DNA of 29,922 bases from a virus (Duplodnaviria > Caudoviricetes), in IMG/VR virus record IMGVR_UViG_3300036713_000003, positions 1 through 29,922 of that record; one strand, given 5' to 3'. The number at the start of each line of letters is the position of its first letter. The first letter of the stretch is position 1. Shown here one piece after another: positions 17,101 to 25,627 of this stretch. Below the pieces are notes generated by a model. That model saw nothing but the letters and a program-made list of their open reading frames with translations. It searched no databases and was not told the origin of the DNA. The position numbers and the translations under genes are program-made.

Positions 17101-17945
17101 TGGACTATAAAAGAGGATTTAATATAAAACCAAAAGAAATAACTGGCATAGGAGAAGTTATATTTACTGATGGAACTAATGATGTAGTGCCTAATCAATT
17201 ATCTTGTGAAGCATACGGATATACTTACAATGCAGATACAGGAACTTGCGTAGCTTTTGAGTATAGCACACAGGTACAAGGTTTTTTTAATAACGTAACT
17301 AACAATAGATTAGGATCAAACAACACAACAGAGAAAGCAACTAACAATACTTTAATAAACGGAACTAACAATCTAACAAAGGGTAATAACAATAACTGCT
17401 TAGTAAATGGTAGACAACACGAACTAGGAAACGGACTAAATAACTCAGCAATTTTATCAGGTAGGTATGGACAAGCATTAAATCAAGGAGAGGTAGTAAT
17501 ATCAGGTGGTGGTTTTAATGAGGAGTTAGCTATGTCGCAAATGTCCTTTATACAACAATCAGGAAACACTACAGATGCAACTGAAACTGCTTTACTTACT
17601 CAGTATCTACCAACTACATATATACAAAAAGTAAAAAATTGTGTAATGGGTTTTGAAGCACACATTATAGGTGTTAATACTGGTATAGGAGATGGTAGTG
17701 CAGGACAGTATGGTTATTTACAAATTAATGGTGCAGTTAAGTTTACTAACGGATTAGCATCAACATATTATCAAACATTATTGCACGTAGTAACATCAGG
17801 ACATAGTGGTTTAAACGTAACAGCAGAGATGAAAGATGTAACGGCTACATCATTTGGTGTTCACGTTACAGGATTAGCAGAAACATACATACAATGGACT
17901 GCAAGTATAAAATTATGGCAAAATAGAATACAACAAACTTTTTAA
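17100..17945 (+). CDS. tail fibre-like structural protein
   Basis: CEAYGYTYN motif, then Asn/Gly-rich short repeats suggesting a beta-helix. Confidence 0.55.
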   Translation: MDYKRGFNIKPKEITGIGEVIFTDGTNDVVPNQLSCEAYGYTYNADTGTCVAFEYSTQVQGFFNNVTNNRLGSNNTTEKATNNTLINGTNNLTKGNNNNCLVNGRQHELGNGLNNSAILSGRYGQALNQGEVVISGGGFNEELAMSQMSFIQQSGNTTDATETALLTQYLPTTYIQKVKNCVMGFEAHIIGVNTGIGDGSAGQYGYLQINGAVKFTNGLASTYYQTLLHVVTSGHSGLNVTAEMKDVTATSFGVHVTGLAETYIQWTASIKLWQNRIQQTF

Positions 17946-17948
17946 GAT

Positions 17949-19352
17949 ATGGCAAAAGAAATTATAGAAGCAGAAGTAAAATCAAATATAGGCGAAGTAG
18001 CTAAAGAAACAGAACAATTAGCAGAAGCAACTAAAGATGCTGAGAAAGGATTTAAAGGTGTAGGTAGTACTATTAAAGGTATGGGTACTGCTTTAAAAGC
18101 AGCAGGTATTGGTCTAGTAGTAGGATTGTTTGCTAAACTAATGGATGTCTTTAGACAAAACCAAAAAGTAGTAGATATATTTAATACTGCTATGGAGTTT
18201 TTAAGTTTAACATTTAACGACTTCTTTAAATTCTTACAAAGTAACATAGATACTGCATCAGGATTTATGGATAGAATCTTTGGTAATGAAGTAGTACAAA
18301 GTATGATAGACTTTGGTAGGACTTTAAGTATAGAGGTTATTACTAGAGTTAAAAATCTTATACAAGGTATAGGTGGTCTAGGTTCTGCATTAGTAAAAGT
18401 ATTTAAAGGAGATTTTAAAGGTGCTAGTGAAACTGCTAAAGCTGCAATAACTGATCTTACAGAAGTTGTAACAGGTAACGTAGTGGAAACTGTTGAAATG
18501 GAAAAAGCTATTACTAAGGTTACTGATAAAATAAAAGAATATGCTAAATCTACATTAGATAGTGCTAAAGCAATAGTATCTTTAAGAAAAGAAAGTGAGT
18601 TAGCACAAGTTCAAATACAAGGGTTAATAGAGGGGTACGACAGACAAGCAGAGAAGCTAAGACAAGTAAGAGATGATGAAACTAAGACATTTGAGGAAAG
18701 GATAGCAGCAAATGAGGAGTTAGGTAGAGTTCTTAAAGAACAAGAAGAAGAAATGCTTAAATTAGTTGATATACAAATTAAAGCAGCACAAGTAGATGTA
18801 GATAAAAACAATAGTTTAGAAAATCAAATAGCATTACAAGAAGCATTAAACGAAAAGAAAGCAGTAGAAGCACAGATTACAGGTTTTCAATCTGAGCAGT
18901 TAGTAAATCAAGTATCACTACAAAAAGAACAGACACAGTTTGCTTTAGAAAACGCAGATGCACAGATACAAGCATATAGCGACTTAGCAGGTGCATTAAG
19001 TAGTTTAGCAGGAGACAATAAGGCATTAGCAGTAGCACAGGCAACTATAGATACATTTGCAGGTGCTAACAAGGCATTTGCACAAGGAGGTGTAGCAGGT
19101 TTTGTAACTGGTGCAGCTATTATAGCATCAGGATTAGCTAACGTAAGAAAGATATTAGATACAGATGTAGGAGGTGGTGGTGGAGGTGGCTCAGTACCAT
19201 CAGACACAGGAACTCCTGCACCTCAGGTACTTAGTGGTGCATTTACATTAGGTGGTGGAGAAGCACAACCAGTACAAGCATACGTTGTTACAGATGATAT
19301 GACTAACAACCAAAACAAGTTAGCAAATATCCGTAGGAGAGCAACTATTTAA
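17949..19352 (+). CDS. tape measure protein
   Basis: Helical Ala/Gly-rich protein: ALKAAGIGLVV, long coiled coil, AQATIDTFAGA, C-terminal QAYVV..D. Confidence 0.8.
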   Translation: MAKEIIEAEVKSNIGEVAKETEQLAEATKDAEKGFKGVGSTIKGMGTALKAAGIGLVVGLFAKLMDVFRQNQKVVDIFNTAMEFLSLTFNDFFKFLQSNIDTASGFMDRIFGNEVVQSMIDFGRTLSIEVITRVKNLIQGIGGLGSALVKVFKGDFKGASETAKAAITDLTEVVTGNVVETVEMEKAITKVTDKIKEYAKSTLDSAKAIVSLRKESELAQVQIQGLIEGYDRQAEKLRQVRDDETKTFEERIAANEELGRVLKEQEEEMLKLVDIQIKAAQVDVDKNNSLENQIALQEALNEKKAVEAQITGFQSEQLVNQVSLQKEQTQFALENADAQIQAYSDLAGALSSLAGDNKALAVAQATIDTFAGANKAFAQGGVAGFVTGAAIIASGLANVRKILDTDVGGGGGGGSVPSDTGTPAPQVLSGAFTLGGGEAQPVQAYVVTDDMTNNQNKLANIRRRATI

Positions 19353-19356
19353 AAAT

Positions 19357-19386
19357 CAAATATTAATTAATTAAATCTATTATATA
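19357..19386 (+). promoter_or_regulatory. late promoter candidate 3 (protease)
   Basis: CAAAT-N14-TCTATTATATA, ending 2 nt before ATG 19389. Confidence 0.7.
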
Positions 19387-19388
19387 GT

Positions 19389-20309
19389 ATGAAAAGAAAA
19401 GCAACTAAGATTGTAGAGTTAGTAATAGCAGATGATAGCGAAGAATTAACAATAGATGCTATTAGTCTTGTAACTTCTCCTGCAATAGAACAAGATTTTG
19501 TATTCTTTGGTAAAGAGAATAACAACTTGACACTAGCTAAGGTAGATAAGGAGAAAAGAATGTTAGTTAGTCCTGCATTAATACCTAACAAACAAATATT
19601 TAGGTATGATCCTAATACTGATTCTAACTACTATGTATATTTCTCAAAAGAAACAGTAAGACAAGCTAGTGAGTTATATCTAAAGCATAACAACCATCAT
19701 AAAGCTACATATCAACACGAAGATAGGGTGTCAGGTGTTTTAACTGTAGAAAGTTGGATAAAAGAAGGAGATCAAGACAAATCTAAACTATATGGCTTTG
19801 ACTTACCTGATGGTACTTGGTTTGTTAAGATGAAGATAGAGAATGATGAAATGTGGAATAAGATAAAAGATGGAGAACTAAAAGGTCTAAGTATAGAGGG
19901 CTACTTTATTAATAAAATGGAAAAAATGGGTAAACAACAATTTTCAAACGAAGAAATAAGAGAAGCAATAAAAGAATTGTTAAGTGGACAAAAAGTAGAA
20001 CTAGCATTATTAGATGATATAAAAAGCACAGGAGAAAAATTAGACAAAATGTTTAATGCAGCTATTAAAGTTGCAGTTGATGGTGCTACAAAACTTGCTA
20101 AAAAAGTAGATGAAGAAACTAAATCTTTTAATAAGCAAAGAGATATTTTATCAGATGAAATTGATAATTTTAAAAAACGAGCAAAAGCAATCGGAGTAAA
20201 TCCTAATGATATACCTAATTTAAAGAAATTTGAAAAAGAATTAAAATCAGCAGTAGGTAGAAGCAAAGAATTATCAAGAATAGCAGGTGTTATTAGAAAT
20301 GTTTACTAA
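19389..20309 (+). CDS. XkdF-like prohead (serine) protease with a C-terminal helical extension
   Basis: AISLVTSPAIE, ALIPNKQIFR, H..., VESWI, GTWFV, GELKGLSIEGYF. Confidence 0.8.
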   Translation: MKRKATKIVELVIADDSEELTIDAISLVTSPAIEQDFVFFGKENNNLTLAKVDKEKRMLVSPALIPNKQIFRYDPNTDSNYYVYFSKETVRQASELYLKHNNHHKATYQHEDRVSGVLTVESWIKEGDQDKSKLYGFDLPDGTWFVKMKIENDEMWNKIKDGELKGLSIEGYFINKMEKMGKQQFSNEEIREAIKELLSGQKVELALLDDIKSTGEKLDKMFNAAIKVAVDGATKLAKKVDEETKSFNKQRDILSDEIDNFKKRAKAIGVNPNDIPNLKKFEKELKSAVGRSKELSRIAGVIRNVY

Positions 20310-20327
20310 GATTATAAATAAAATAAT

Positions 20328-20696
20328 ATGAGAGAAGATATACTACAAGCATTAAGCGAACTAATAAAAGAAAAGACAGAACTAAAAGCTGAAAAGATTG
20401 AGTTGGGTTTGTTAGATGATATAGAGAAGCAAACAAATAAAGGTTCTGCAGAGTTTGAAGAACTTGTAAACGAAAGTAAACAGGTACGAAAATTAGTTGG
20501 CAGACTTACAACAGGTTCTATTTTATTAAGAAAGACAGGCGAAAAATTAGAATCTATGGTAAATAAAATGGAAAAATCATTAAAAGATTTAGGCGTTGAT
20601 AAACCACCAAAACAATTTTTAGTAGCCAAAAGTCTTTACAAAATGTTTATCAAGCAAGGTAAAAGAATGTACGACCAATACGGCAAATTAGACTAA
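20328..20696 (+). CDS. small helical protein paralogous to the protease C-terminal extension (candidate internal head protein)
   Basis: KIELGLLDDI and KDLGVD match KVELALLDDI and KAIGVN in the upstream gene. Confidence 0.65.
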   Translation: MREDILQALSELIKEKTELKAEKIELGLLDDIEKQTNKGSAEFEELVNESKQVRKLVGRLTTGSILLRKTGEKLESMVNKMEKSLKDLGVDKPPKQFLVAKSLYKMFIKQGKRMYDQYGKLD

Positions 20697-20700
20697 AAAT

Positions 20701-20730
20701 CAAACAAACAATAATTAATTCTATTATATA
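20701..20730 (+). promoter_or_regulatory. late promoter candidate 4 (scaffold-capsid)
   Basis: CAAAC-N14-TCTATTATATA. Confidence 0.7.
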
Positions 20731-20742
20731 AAAAAAAGACAA

Positions 20743-21393
20743 ATGGATTTAAAACAACAAATATTAGTAGCACTTGGTCTTGACAAACAAGAGGAAAGTG
20801 TTAATCTTGAATATCAAGCGAAACTAGAAGATGGTACTATAATAGTTTCTACTGCTGAATCTTTAGAGTCAGGAGTGGACATATCAGTTCTTACAGAAGA
20901 TGGTACAACTATGTTACTTCCAGTTGGAGAATATAAGACTGAAGATGGTCAAGGATTCTCTGTAGAAGTTGAGGGTGTTGTAGCTGAAATCTACGAAGAA
21001 GAAGTAGAGGAGGAAGCAACAGAAGAAGTAGTTGAAGAAGAAGCATCTAAGGAAGATATGGAAGAAGAAACTATTGAAGAAACTGAAGCAGTAGAATTTG
21101 ATTCAGTAGCTTTTATGGATGAAGTTAAGTCCGTAGTAGTTGATCTAATGAGTAATGTAAATACTGAGATTGAAACATTAAAATCTGAGTTAGCAGAACT
21201 TAAATCAACAAATGAAGAATTATCTTCAGAAAAAGAAAAACTATCTGCACAAGTAGTAGAGTTATCAAACGAACCTGCTGCAAAACCTGTAGATACAAAC
21301 AAATTTAGTGCTTTAGGTAGAGAAACTACACAAAGAGATTTATCTAAAATGACTAAAAGAGAAAGAATATTATATAACATAACAAATAAATAA
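20743..21393 (+). CDS. capsid scaffolding-like protein
   Basis: Very acidic linker, coiled coil and basic C-terminal helix; directly upstream of the capsid gene. Confidence 0.65.
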   Translation: MDLKQQILVALGLDKQEESVNLEYQAKLEDGTIIVSTAESLESGVDISVLTEDGTTMLLPVGEYKTEDGQGFSVEVEGVVAEIYEEEVEEEATEEVVEEEASKEDMEEETIEETEAVEFDSVAFMDEVKSVVVDLMSNVNTEIETLKSELAELKSTNEELSSEKEKLSAQVVELSNEPAAKPVDTNKFSALGRETTQRDLSKMTKRERILYNITNK

Positions 21394-21404
21394 AAAATTA
21401 AATT

Positions 21405-22319
21405 ATGGCTTTTAACGTAACATCAAATTATGCAGGTAAAGCATTCGGACAATATATTTCGGCTGCTTTAAAAGAAGCTAAATCCTTAGAGGGTTTAACT
21501 GTCTTAGAAAATATTAAATATAAAGAGAACATTAGAAAAATGGCAGGTTCTAGCTTAGTAGCTGATGCAACTTGTGATTTTGCTGATGCAGGTACTCTAG
21601 CAATCACAGAATCAGTTCTTGAACCAAAGAATCTACAAATTAATGTAGACCTTTGTAAGAAAACTTTGTTATCAGGATTCGAAAGCGAAGAAATGAAAGC
21701 AGGTGCTTTTAACAGAACTGCTCCAACTTTTGATCAGTATGTATTATCATACTTTGGAGAATTAATTGCTGATTCAGTAGAAAATTCTATTTGGTCAGGT
21801 GCTGATGCAACGGCAGGAGAATTTGAGGGCTTTTTAACTGCTGCTACAGGTGCTTTTGCAGTTAATGGTAACGTAGTACAAACTGACAACACAGGAGGTG
21901 CAGGAACGGCTTATACGGCTGCAAACATTATATCTAACTTACAAACTTTAGTTGCAGGTATTCCTGCTAACGTATATGGTAGAGATGATTTAAGAATCTA
22001 TATGAATATGAAAACTTACAGATTCTATATTTCTGCTATCTCTACATTAGGATATGTTAATGCTTACAATATGAACGGAGATTACGTTCCAGTATTTGAG
22101 GGTATCACTATCCAACCTTGTCCGGGTATGCCAGATGACCAATTAGTAGCTGCTGAAACTTCTAACTTATTCTATGGTACTGACTTACTATCTGATGATA
22201 CAAATATCAAAATGCTTGATATGACTAGTTTAGATGGTTCAGACAATATGAGAGTTGTTGCTAAGTTCTCAGGAGGTGTTCAAGTAGGAATTGGTGCTGA
22301 CGCAGTTCAACAAAACTAA
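21405..22319 (+). CDS. major capsid protein
   Basis: 304 aa after protease and scaffold; NYAGKAFGQYI, NIKYK, SNLFYGTDLLSD; followed by a hairpin. Confidence 0.8.
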   Translation: MAFNVTSNYAGKAFGQYISAALKEAKSLEGLTVLENIKYKENIRKMAGSSLVADATCDFADAGTLAITESVLEPKNLQINVDLCKKTLLSGFESEEMKAGAFNRTAPTFDQYVLSYFGELIADSVENSIWSGADATAGEFEGFLTAATGAFAVNGNVVQTDNTGGAGTAYTAANIISNLQTLVAGIPANVYGRDDLRIYMNMKTYRFYISAISTLGYVNAYNMNGDYVPVFEGITIQPCPGMPDDQLVAAETSNLFYGTDLLSDDTNIKMLDMTSLDGSDNMRVVAKFSGGVQVGIGADAVQQN

Positions 22320-22332
22320 TAACTGATTTAAT

Positions 22333-22365
22333 GGAGAGAGGGTTTATCCCTCTTTCCTTAACTTT
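22333..22365 (+). terminator. hairpin / weak terminator after the capsid gene
   Basis: GGAGAGAGGG-TTTAT-CCCTCTTTCC followed by TTAACTTT. Confidence 0.55.
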
Positions 22366-22377
22366 AAAAAAAATAAT

Positions 22378-22944
22378 ATGTCTTGTAATTTAACAAAAGG
22401 AAGAAACATAACTTGTAGAGATACAGTTGGTGGAGTAAAGGCAATTTACTTTGCACAGTTTGATGAGGTTGCTTCTTATGTAACTGCTTCAGGCGAATTG
22501 ACTGACTTTGATTTAGGTGCTTCTGATGACATATATAAATACACTTTAAAGAGGGGTACTGCTTCTTGCACAGAAACTTTAACAGGTTCTAGTGAGAATG
22601 GTACTGTATTTTATACACCATCAGTTAATATCAAACTACACAAACTAACAAAAGAAGATCAAAATCAAGTAAAACTATTAGCTTCTAATAGATTGGTTAT
22701 CTTCTTAGAATTAAACGAAGTATTAACGGCTAACTCACATAATGTGTTATTAGCTTTAGGACTAGAAAATGGAATGGAACTAAACGCAGGTACTAACGCA
22801 ACAGGAACTGCATTTGGGGATATGAACGGCTATGACTGGACATTTGATGGTATGGAAAGAGATGCTATGGTAACAGTAGCTGACTATACTACAACTCCAC
22901 TAGACAATGCTGCATTTACTTACCAAAGTATAGTTACTTCGTAA
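22378..22944 (+). CDS. major tail tube protein, putative
   Basis: MSCNLTKGRNITCRDTVGGVKAIYF, SSENGTVFY, GDMNGYDWTF; co-transcribed with the capsid gene up to a strong terminator. Confidence 0.65.
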   Translation: MSCNLTKGRNITCRDTVGGVKAIYFAQFDEVASYVTASGELTDFDLGASDDIYKYTLKRGTASCTETLTGSSENGTVFYTPSVNIKLHKLTKEDQNQVKLLASNRLVIFLELNEVLTANSHNVLLALGLENGMELNAGTNATGTAFGDMNGYDWTFDGMERDAMVTVADYTTTPLDNAAFTYQSIVTS

Positions 22945-22965
22945 ACTATTGTTTTCATATTTCTT

Positions 22966-22995
22966 AGAGGGCTACTTCGGTAGTCCTTTTTTTTT
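22966..22995 (+). terminator. strong intrinsic terminator
   Basis: AGAGGGCTAC-TTCG-GTAGTCCTTT stem with a UUCG tetraloop and a T9 run. Confidence 0.9.
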
Positions 22996-22997
22996 AT

Positions 22998-23027
22998 CAA
23001 ACAAAAAAGACTTTTTTCTATTATATA
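22998..23027 (+). promoter_or_regulatory. late promoter candidate 5 (fibre/portal/lysis operon)
   Basis: CAAAC-N14-TCTATTATATA immediately after the terminator. Confidence 0.7.
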
Positions 23028-23041
23028 GTAAGTAAACAATT

Positions 23042-23521
23042 ATGATACACGCAACAACAGATTCTAATGCAGTTTTTATAGTAACGACAGAAGAGAAAAG
23101 AATTGATACTGGTGTACCATCTTCGCAGATAAGATATTTGTTTAAATTAACAAATGATATGTCTGAGAATGTTGTTTATGCTTATGGACAAGGACAAGGA
23201 GTAAATGATAGATATACAAAAGTTGAAATTTTATCAGGTTCTAATGAAGTATATACAGGAACAGTAAATTTTAGTCCTAGTGGTTATTGGACTTATGAAA
23301 TATTTGAGGTATCTTGGCAAGATTCTACAGTAACATTAGATGATGACCACGCACCTAAAACAGAAACACAAGTATTAACTCCTCCTGCATCAGATAAAGG
23401 AGTAGTACAAGGAAGTATAGAAAAAGGAAAATTAAACGTAGCAGAAGCATCAGGATCAGAAGAAGTACAATATACAGAACATTCTGCACCTACTGGTACG
23501 AATTACATATATGTTAGTTAA
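23042..23521 (+). CDS. hypothetical structural protein
   Basis: 159-aa beta-rich ORF, first gene after promoter 5. Confidence 0.65.
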   Translation: MIHATTDSNAVFIVTTEEKRIDTGVPSSQIRYLFKLTNDMSENVVYAYGQGQGVNDRYTKVEILSGSNEVYTGTVNFSPSGYWTYEIFEVSWQDSTVTLDDDHAPKTETQVLTPPASDKGVVQGSIEKGKLNVAEASGSEEVQYTEHSAPTGTNYIYVS

Positions 23522-23534
23522 ATAAAATAAAAAA

Positions 23535-23798
23535 ATGGGAATAAAAAATACACAAGCATTATTAAATGAACAATTAGGACAATTAGGAGGAGTAGAAATA
23601 TTTACAACTGCTGCACAGACAGGTAAAGATTACTATGCTATTTACTTTGTAAAAGATAGTGTTATATCTGCTATTACTATTACTGATTCAACAGGTTCTA
23701 GTAATTTACTTACAGATGTAGATGCAGGAATGACTTTGTTCGGTAAAATAACTGCAATTACACTTAGTAGTGGATTAGCTATTGCATACAAAAACTAA
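23535..23798 (+). CDS. small structural protein, candidate head-spike/fibre base
   Basis: 87 aa, beta-rich, ends AGMTLFGKITAITLSSGLAIAY; precedes an ORF starting LSLGISL. Confidence 0.5.
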   Translation: MGIKNTQALLNEQLGQLGGVEIFTTAAQTGKDYYAIYFVKDSVISAITITDSTGSSNLLTDVDAGMTLFGKITAITLSSGLAIAYKN

Positions 23799-23801
23799 GA
23801 A

Positions 23802-23966
23802 ATGAAGTTATCATTAGGAATATCTTTACCAACTAGCAATAAGGGTGCTACACCTATTCAAAGACAAGCTAATGCCTTTAAAGCAAGAGTTATTGCTGAT
23901 GGTGGAGTATTTGAAGCTAAGGCTTGTTTGATAGACCAATTAAAAATATTAAATAATATAGCATGA
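23802..23966 (+). CDS. 54-aa fibre anchor-like protein
   Basis: Manual translation MKLSLGISLPTSNKG...AFKARVIADGGVFEAKACL...; ATGA-coupled to the next gene. Confidence 0.65.
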   Translation: MKLSLGISLPTSNKGATPIQRQANAFKARVIADGGVFEAKACLIDQLKILNNIA

Positions 23967-25627
23967 GTTTATTAGATGATGTAAGTATTGTAGTAACTCC
24001 AAATGGATATAAGGCAGGAACTTTGTATGGTGTTATACCTAGTAGTGGTGCTGCTGATATGGATGTTACTAGAGCAACTGCTGCTACAAGAGTAGATGAG
24101 AATGGTTTAGTAAATTATGCTGAGGTTGTTTCAGGTTCAGATATAGTTACTAATGGAGATTTCTCTAATGGTAGTACAGGTTGGGATGATACGAATGGAT
24201 CGATAACTGTTACTAATGGCGAAGCAACAATATTAGGCAATAGTGCAAATGGTGGAGTATTTCAAAGTTTAGCTCAAACAGGTGTTACATACTTTGTTGA
24301 AATAGAAGTCTTGTCAATAAATTCAGGTGCTTGGTATGCAGGAGGATATATTACAAATATATATTCAATCGATAATATAGGTAAAATTTCATTTTATTAT
24401 ACTTCTAATGGTACCGGTTTTCATATATTGTCAAGTGGTGGTGCAGGTAGTATAACTATAGACAACGTATCAGTAAAAGAAGTTACAAGAGATAACGTAC
24501 CTCGTATAGACTACACAGGAGGAGGTTGTCCACATATATTAGCAGAGCCACAGAGGACTAATCTTATTCCTTATAGTGAAGATTTTAGTCAAAGTTATTG
24601 GACTAAAAATAATGGTTCAATAAGTCCAAATAGTTCAATTTCTCCTGAAGGCATTGTAAATGCTGATTTATTTACTCCAACTGCTAATTTAGGTATTCAC
24701 TATATTACAAGACTTGTATCAAGCAGCAATAGTAATACTCTTTCTTTTTATGTAAAATCTAATGGTTATAATTATGTAGTTATCAATTTTGGTAGTTCTA
24801 ATGGAAGTGCAGGTTTTGATTTATCTAATGGGACTATAACTAGTGATAGAAGTGATGTGATTAATCAATCAATTACACCGATAGACAATGGTTGGTATCG
24901 TATATCTGTAAGTGTTGGAACAAGTATAAATAATGTTAATATATCTGTACAAGATACTCCTTTTATAAGTCAAAGTTGGGTTACTAGTTGGACTGCTAAC
25001 GGAACAGATGGCATTTATATATGGGGCGCACAACTAGAACAAGGTTCTTACCCAACATCATACATTCCAACATCAGGAAGTACAGTTACAAGAAACCAAG
25101 ACCTCTTCACAAGAGATGGTATAGGTAGTTTGATTAATAGTGAGGAAGGGGTTTTGTTTTTAGATATGGCTGCATTAAGTGATGATGGAACTAATAGGGT
25201 AATATCCTTATATAGTGATTCTAATAATAGGGTAAGCATTTTTTACTCCATAACATCTAATACTATATTTGGACAGTATGTAATATCAGGGTCATCTACT
25301 GCAAGTTTATCTTTTGCTCTTTCTGACACAACTTTATTTTCAAAAATTGCTTTTAAATATAAAGAAAATGATTTTGCTTTGTGGGTAGATGGAGTGGAAG
25401 TTGATACTGATTCAAGTGGTTTAGTGCTATCTGCAAATACATTAAATAATTTAGATTTTAATTTAGGAAACTCAACTTTACCTTTCTACGGCAAAGTAAA
25501 ACAACTACAAGTCTACGATACTGCACTAACAGATATGCAACTTATACAACTAACAGGTACAGCAGGAACTGATTTTTATGAATCTTATTCAGAGATGGCA
25601 GAATCATTAACATATACAATACAATAA
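23963..25627 (+). CDS. fibre/adhesin 1 with ConA/LamG-like and carbohydrate-binding-like modules
   Basis: TRATAATRV, VTNGDFS..IDNVSVKE module, EPQRTNL, GWYRIS, IWGAQLEQGSYPTSYIPT. Confidence 0.75.
   Translation: MSLLDDVSIVVTPNGYKAGTLYGVIPSSGAADMDVTRATAATRVDENGLVNYAEVVSGSDIVTNGDFSNGSTGWDDTNGSITVTNGEATILGNSANGGVFQSLAQTGVTYFVEIEVLSINSGAWYAGGYITNIYSIDNIGKISFYYTSNGTGFHILSSGGAGSITIDNVSVKEVTRDNVPRIDYTGGGCPHILAEPQRTNLIPYSEDFSQSYWTKNNGSISPNSSISPEGIVNADLFTPTANLGIHYITRLVSSSNSNTLSFYVKSNGYNYVVINFGSSNGSAGFDLSNGTITSDRSDVINQSITPIDNGWYRISVSVGTSINNVNISVQDTPFISQSWVTSWTANGTDGIYIWGAQLEQGSYPTSYIPTSGSTVTRNQDLFTRDGIGSLINSEEGVLFLDMAALSDDGTNRVISLYSDSNNRVSIFYSITSNTIFGQYVISGSSTASLSFALSDTTLFSKIAFKYKENDFALWVDGVEVDTDSSGLVLSANTLNNLDFNLGNSTLPFYGKVKQLQVYDTALTDMQLIQLTGTAGTDFYESYSEMAESLTYTIQ

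Noticed and set aside
20995-21090. GAA-rich and GGT-rich tracts (also 19170-19190) as DNA repeat elements
   Set aside because: They simply encode the poly-Glu scaffold linker and the poly-Gly tape-measure linker.
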